Shown here: piece by piece, positions 62,395-64,000 of the stretch
How positions within the stretch are numbered: the first letter of the stretch is position 1
Layout: every line of letters starts with the position of its first letter
Source: Deltaproteobacteria bacterium
GTDB taxonomy: Bacteria > Myxococcota > Kuafuiibacteriia > Kuafuiibacteriales > Kuafuiibacteriaceae
DNA length: 64,000 bases
Reading direction: 5' to 3'
Assembly: GCA_040218735.1 (NCBI GenBank)
Contig: JAVJQW010000018.1
Span: 1-64,000 of the forward strand
The notes under the pieces: generated by a model
Told to the model about the DNA's origin: nothing
Database searches by the model: none
Seen by the model: the letters and a program-made list of their open reading frames with translations, nothing else
Translations under genes and position numbers: made by a program

Positions 62395-63998
62395 TCCACG
62401 TCGGCCAGCAAACGTTCGCGGCACGCGGCGGCGGCGGCGCCGGGCGCCTCGGCGTAGCGCGTGTACGGGATCTTCACGTCCACGCGTTCGAGCATGGGGT
62501 GGAAGCGCGGCGAGACGCCGGCGAGCGCGAGCTTCTGGCCCTTCTCCGCGAGGCGTCGGTCGAGATCCTCGAGCGCCTGAATCGCGCCGAGGCGCGCCTG
62601 GTGTGCGTGGCTGAGGTCGACGATGACGTACTTGGCGTCCCCCGGCACCAACGACTCGATCTTCTCGTCCAGCGCGTCGACCGCCGCGAAGAAGATCGCG
62701 CCGCTGATCTCCACGACGATGAAGGCGCTCGGCGTCGCCGGGTCGTGCGGCACCAGTCGGTCCCCGTCGAAGTCGAGGACCGTGAACCGCGGCTCGCTGC
62801 TGATCGCGAGTTGAATCGCGAGCGCGACGCCGACGCCGAGGAGGATCGCCCAGACGAAGGGGAGCGTGATCGTGCCGACCAACGTCACCGCGAACAGCAG
62901 TCGCGACGCGCGCGCGGTGCGCCAGATGCGTTTGACGCGTCGCCGCTTCACCATGCCCGCCGCGGTGATCAACAGGATCCCCGCGAGGCTCGACTGCGGC
63001 ATCATCCCCACCACACCGGCGCCGAAGAAGATCACGGGGAGCACGAACGTCGCGGAGGCGAGGGCCGCGAAGAGCGTTCGGCCGCCGGTCGTCTCGAGGA
63101 GCGCGCTGCGGGTGAGGCTCGCGCTCGCCGGAATGCCGCCGAGGAACGCGCCGGCGGCGTTGCCGATCCCCTGCGCGAGGATCTCGCGTTTCATCGAGGT
63201 CGGCTCCGCCGTGCGTCGGAGCGTGACGGTGAGCTCGAGCGTCCCGAGCATCACGATCGCGCACGCGGGGAGGAACAGCTCGCCGTACACCTGCGGGTCG
63301 AGCGAGGGCATCGCAAACGGAGGCCACCCCGACGGCATCGTCGCGGCGTCGGCGACGATCGGCAGCGCGTAACCCGCGTCGCGGATGAACGGCGCGGCGA
63401 TCGCGGCCGCGACGACCAGCACGAGCGGCGTCGGGAAGCGCGGGAACCACCGCTTGCCCGCCGCGACGCCGACGACGGTCGCGGTGGCGATCGCGATCGC
63501 GGCGACCTTCGGTTCGTCGCTCGCGTTGAGGATGGAGGCGACCTGCGTCCACAGGTTCGTGCCGCGCACGGTCTCGAGACCGAGCGCCTCGTCGAGCTGC
63601 ATCAGCCCGATGAGGATCCCCGCGCCTGCGGTGAAGCCGGTGAGCACCGACGTGGAGATGAACCGAACCAGCGCGCCGCCTCCGACGAGCGCCAGGCCGA
63701 TCCGCAGGACCGCCGCGAGGAGGACGAGGCTCGCGAGGAGCGCGAGGTGCTCCGCGGGGAGCAAACCGTTGGCGCCGAGGTAGGGCGCGATCGCGGCGAG
63801 CACCAACAGGCCGGTGGTGTTGGTCGGGCCCGTCGCGATGTTCGGCGCGGCGCCGGCGAGCGCGGCGACCATCCCCGCGACGGCGGCGGTCGTCAGGCCG
63901 TACGCGGGCGGCAGCCCGGCGATCAACGCGTACGCGAGGCACTGCGGGAGGCCGACGAGGGTGACGGTGATTCCGGCGACGAGATCGGCGCGCAGGTG
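62391..63998 (-). CDS. SulP-family anion transporter with STAS domain (5' end outside window)
   Basis: 'DLVAGITV...LPQCLAYALIAGLPP', 'TGPTN', 'GFTAGAG', 'EILAQGIGN', STAS 'ISGAIFFAA'. Confidence 0.92.
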   Translation of the reverse strand, partial: HLRADLVAGITVTLVGLPQCLAYALIAGLPPAYGLTTAAVAGMVAALAGAAPNIATGPTNTTGLLVLAAIAPYLGANGLLPAEHLALLASLVLLAAVLRIGLALVGGGALVRFISTSVLTGFTAGAGILIGLMQLDEALGLETVRGTNLWTQVASILNASDEPKVAAIAIATATVVGVAAGKRWFPRFPTPLVLVVAAAIAAPFIRDAGYALPIVADAATMPSGWPPFAMPSLDPQVYGELFLPACAIVMLGTLELTVTLRRTAEPTSMKREILAQGIGNAAGAFLGGIPASASLTRSALLETTGGRTLFAALASATFVLPVIFFGAGVVGMMPQSSLAGILLITAAGMVKRRRVKRIWRTARASRLLFAVTLVGTITLPFVWAILLGVGVALAIQLAISSEPRFTVLDFDGDRLVPHDPATPSAFIVVEISGAIFFAAVDALDEKIESLVPGDAKYVIVDLSHAHQARLGAIQALEDLDRRLAEKGQKLALAGVSPRFHPMLERVDVKIPYTRYAEAPGAAAAACRERLLADVD

Positions 63999-64000
63999 CG

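Overview
GC-rich bacterial window whose gene content points to Myxococcota: a MYXO-CTERM protein, a CglD-like adhesin, a giant Ser/Thr kinase and DAG/DGG-linker lipoproteins. From left to right it holds the right part of an IS21 element inserted into a decayed HNH gene, envelope and motility genes, rpoZ and pyk, a kinase, a GT2-AsnB-GT-C glycosylation operon, small metabolic and regulatory genes, rsmB, rpe and tRNA-Pro(CGG). The main feature is a complete ~12.4 kb minus-strand retron locus at 38059-50421. Its order is an 891-aa ARM-like protein, a 2086-aa WD40+HEAT protein, a 602-aa protein with a degenerate SWIM motif and a WGR domain, a readable msr/msd ncRNA and a myxobacterial-type retron RT. 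The ncRNA has ~30-bp a1/a2 repeats, a UUAGC branch site and a long msd hairpin. The RT converges on the tRNA terminator. Other notable items are an Omp85 gene coupled to a kinase-fold lipoprotein, a Rieske oxygenase that has lost its Rieske domain, and a candidate Cys-rich leader-peptide attenuator downstream of a SulP transporter. All calls come from motif reading and manual base-pairing; no searches were run, and several start codons were re-assigned by eye.
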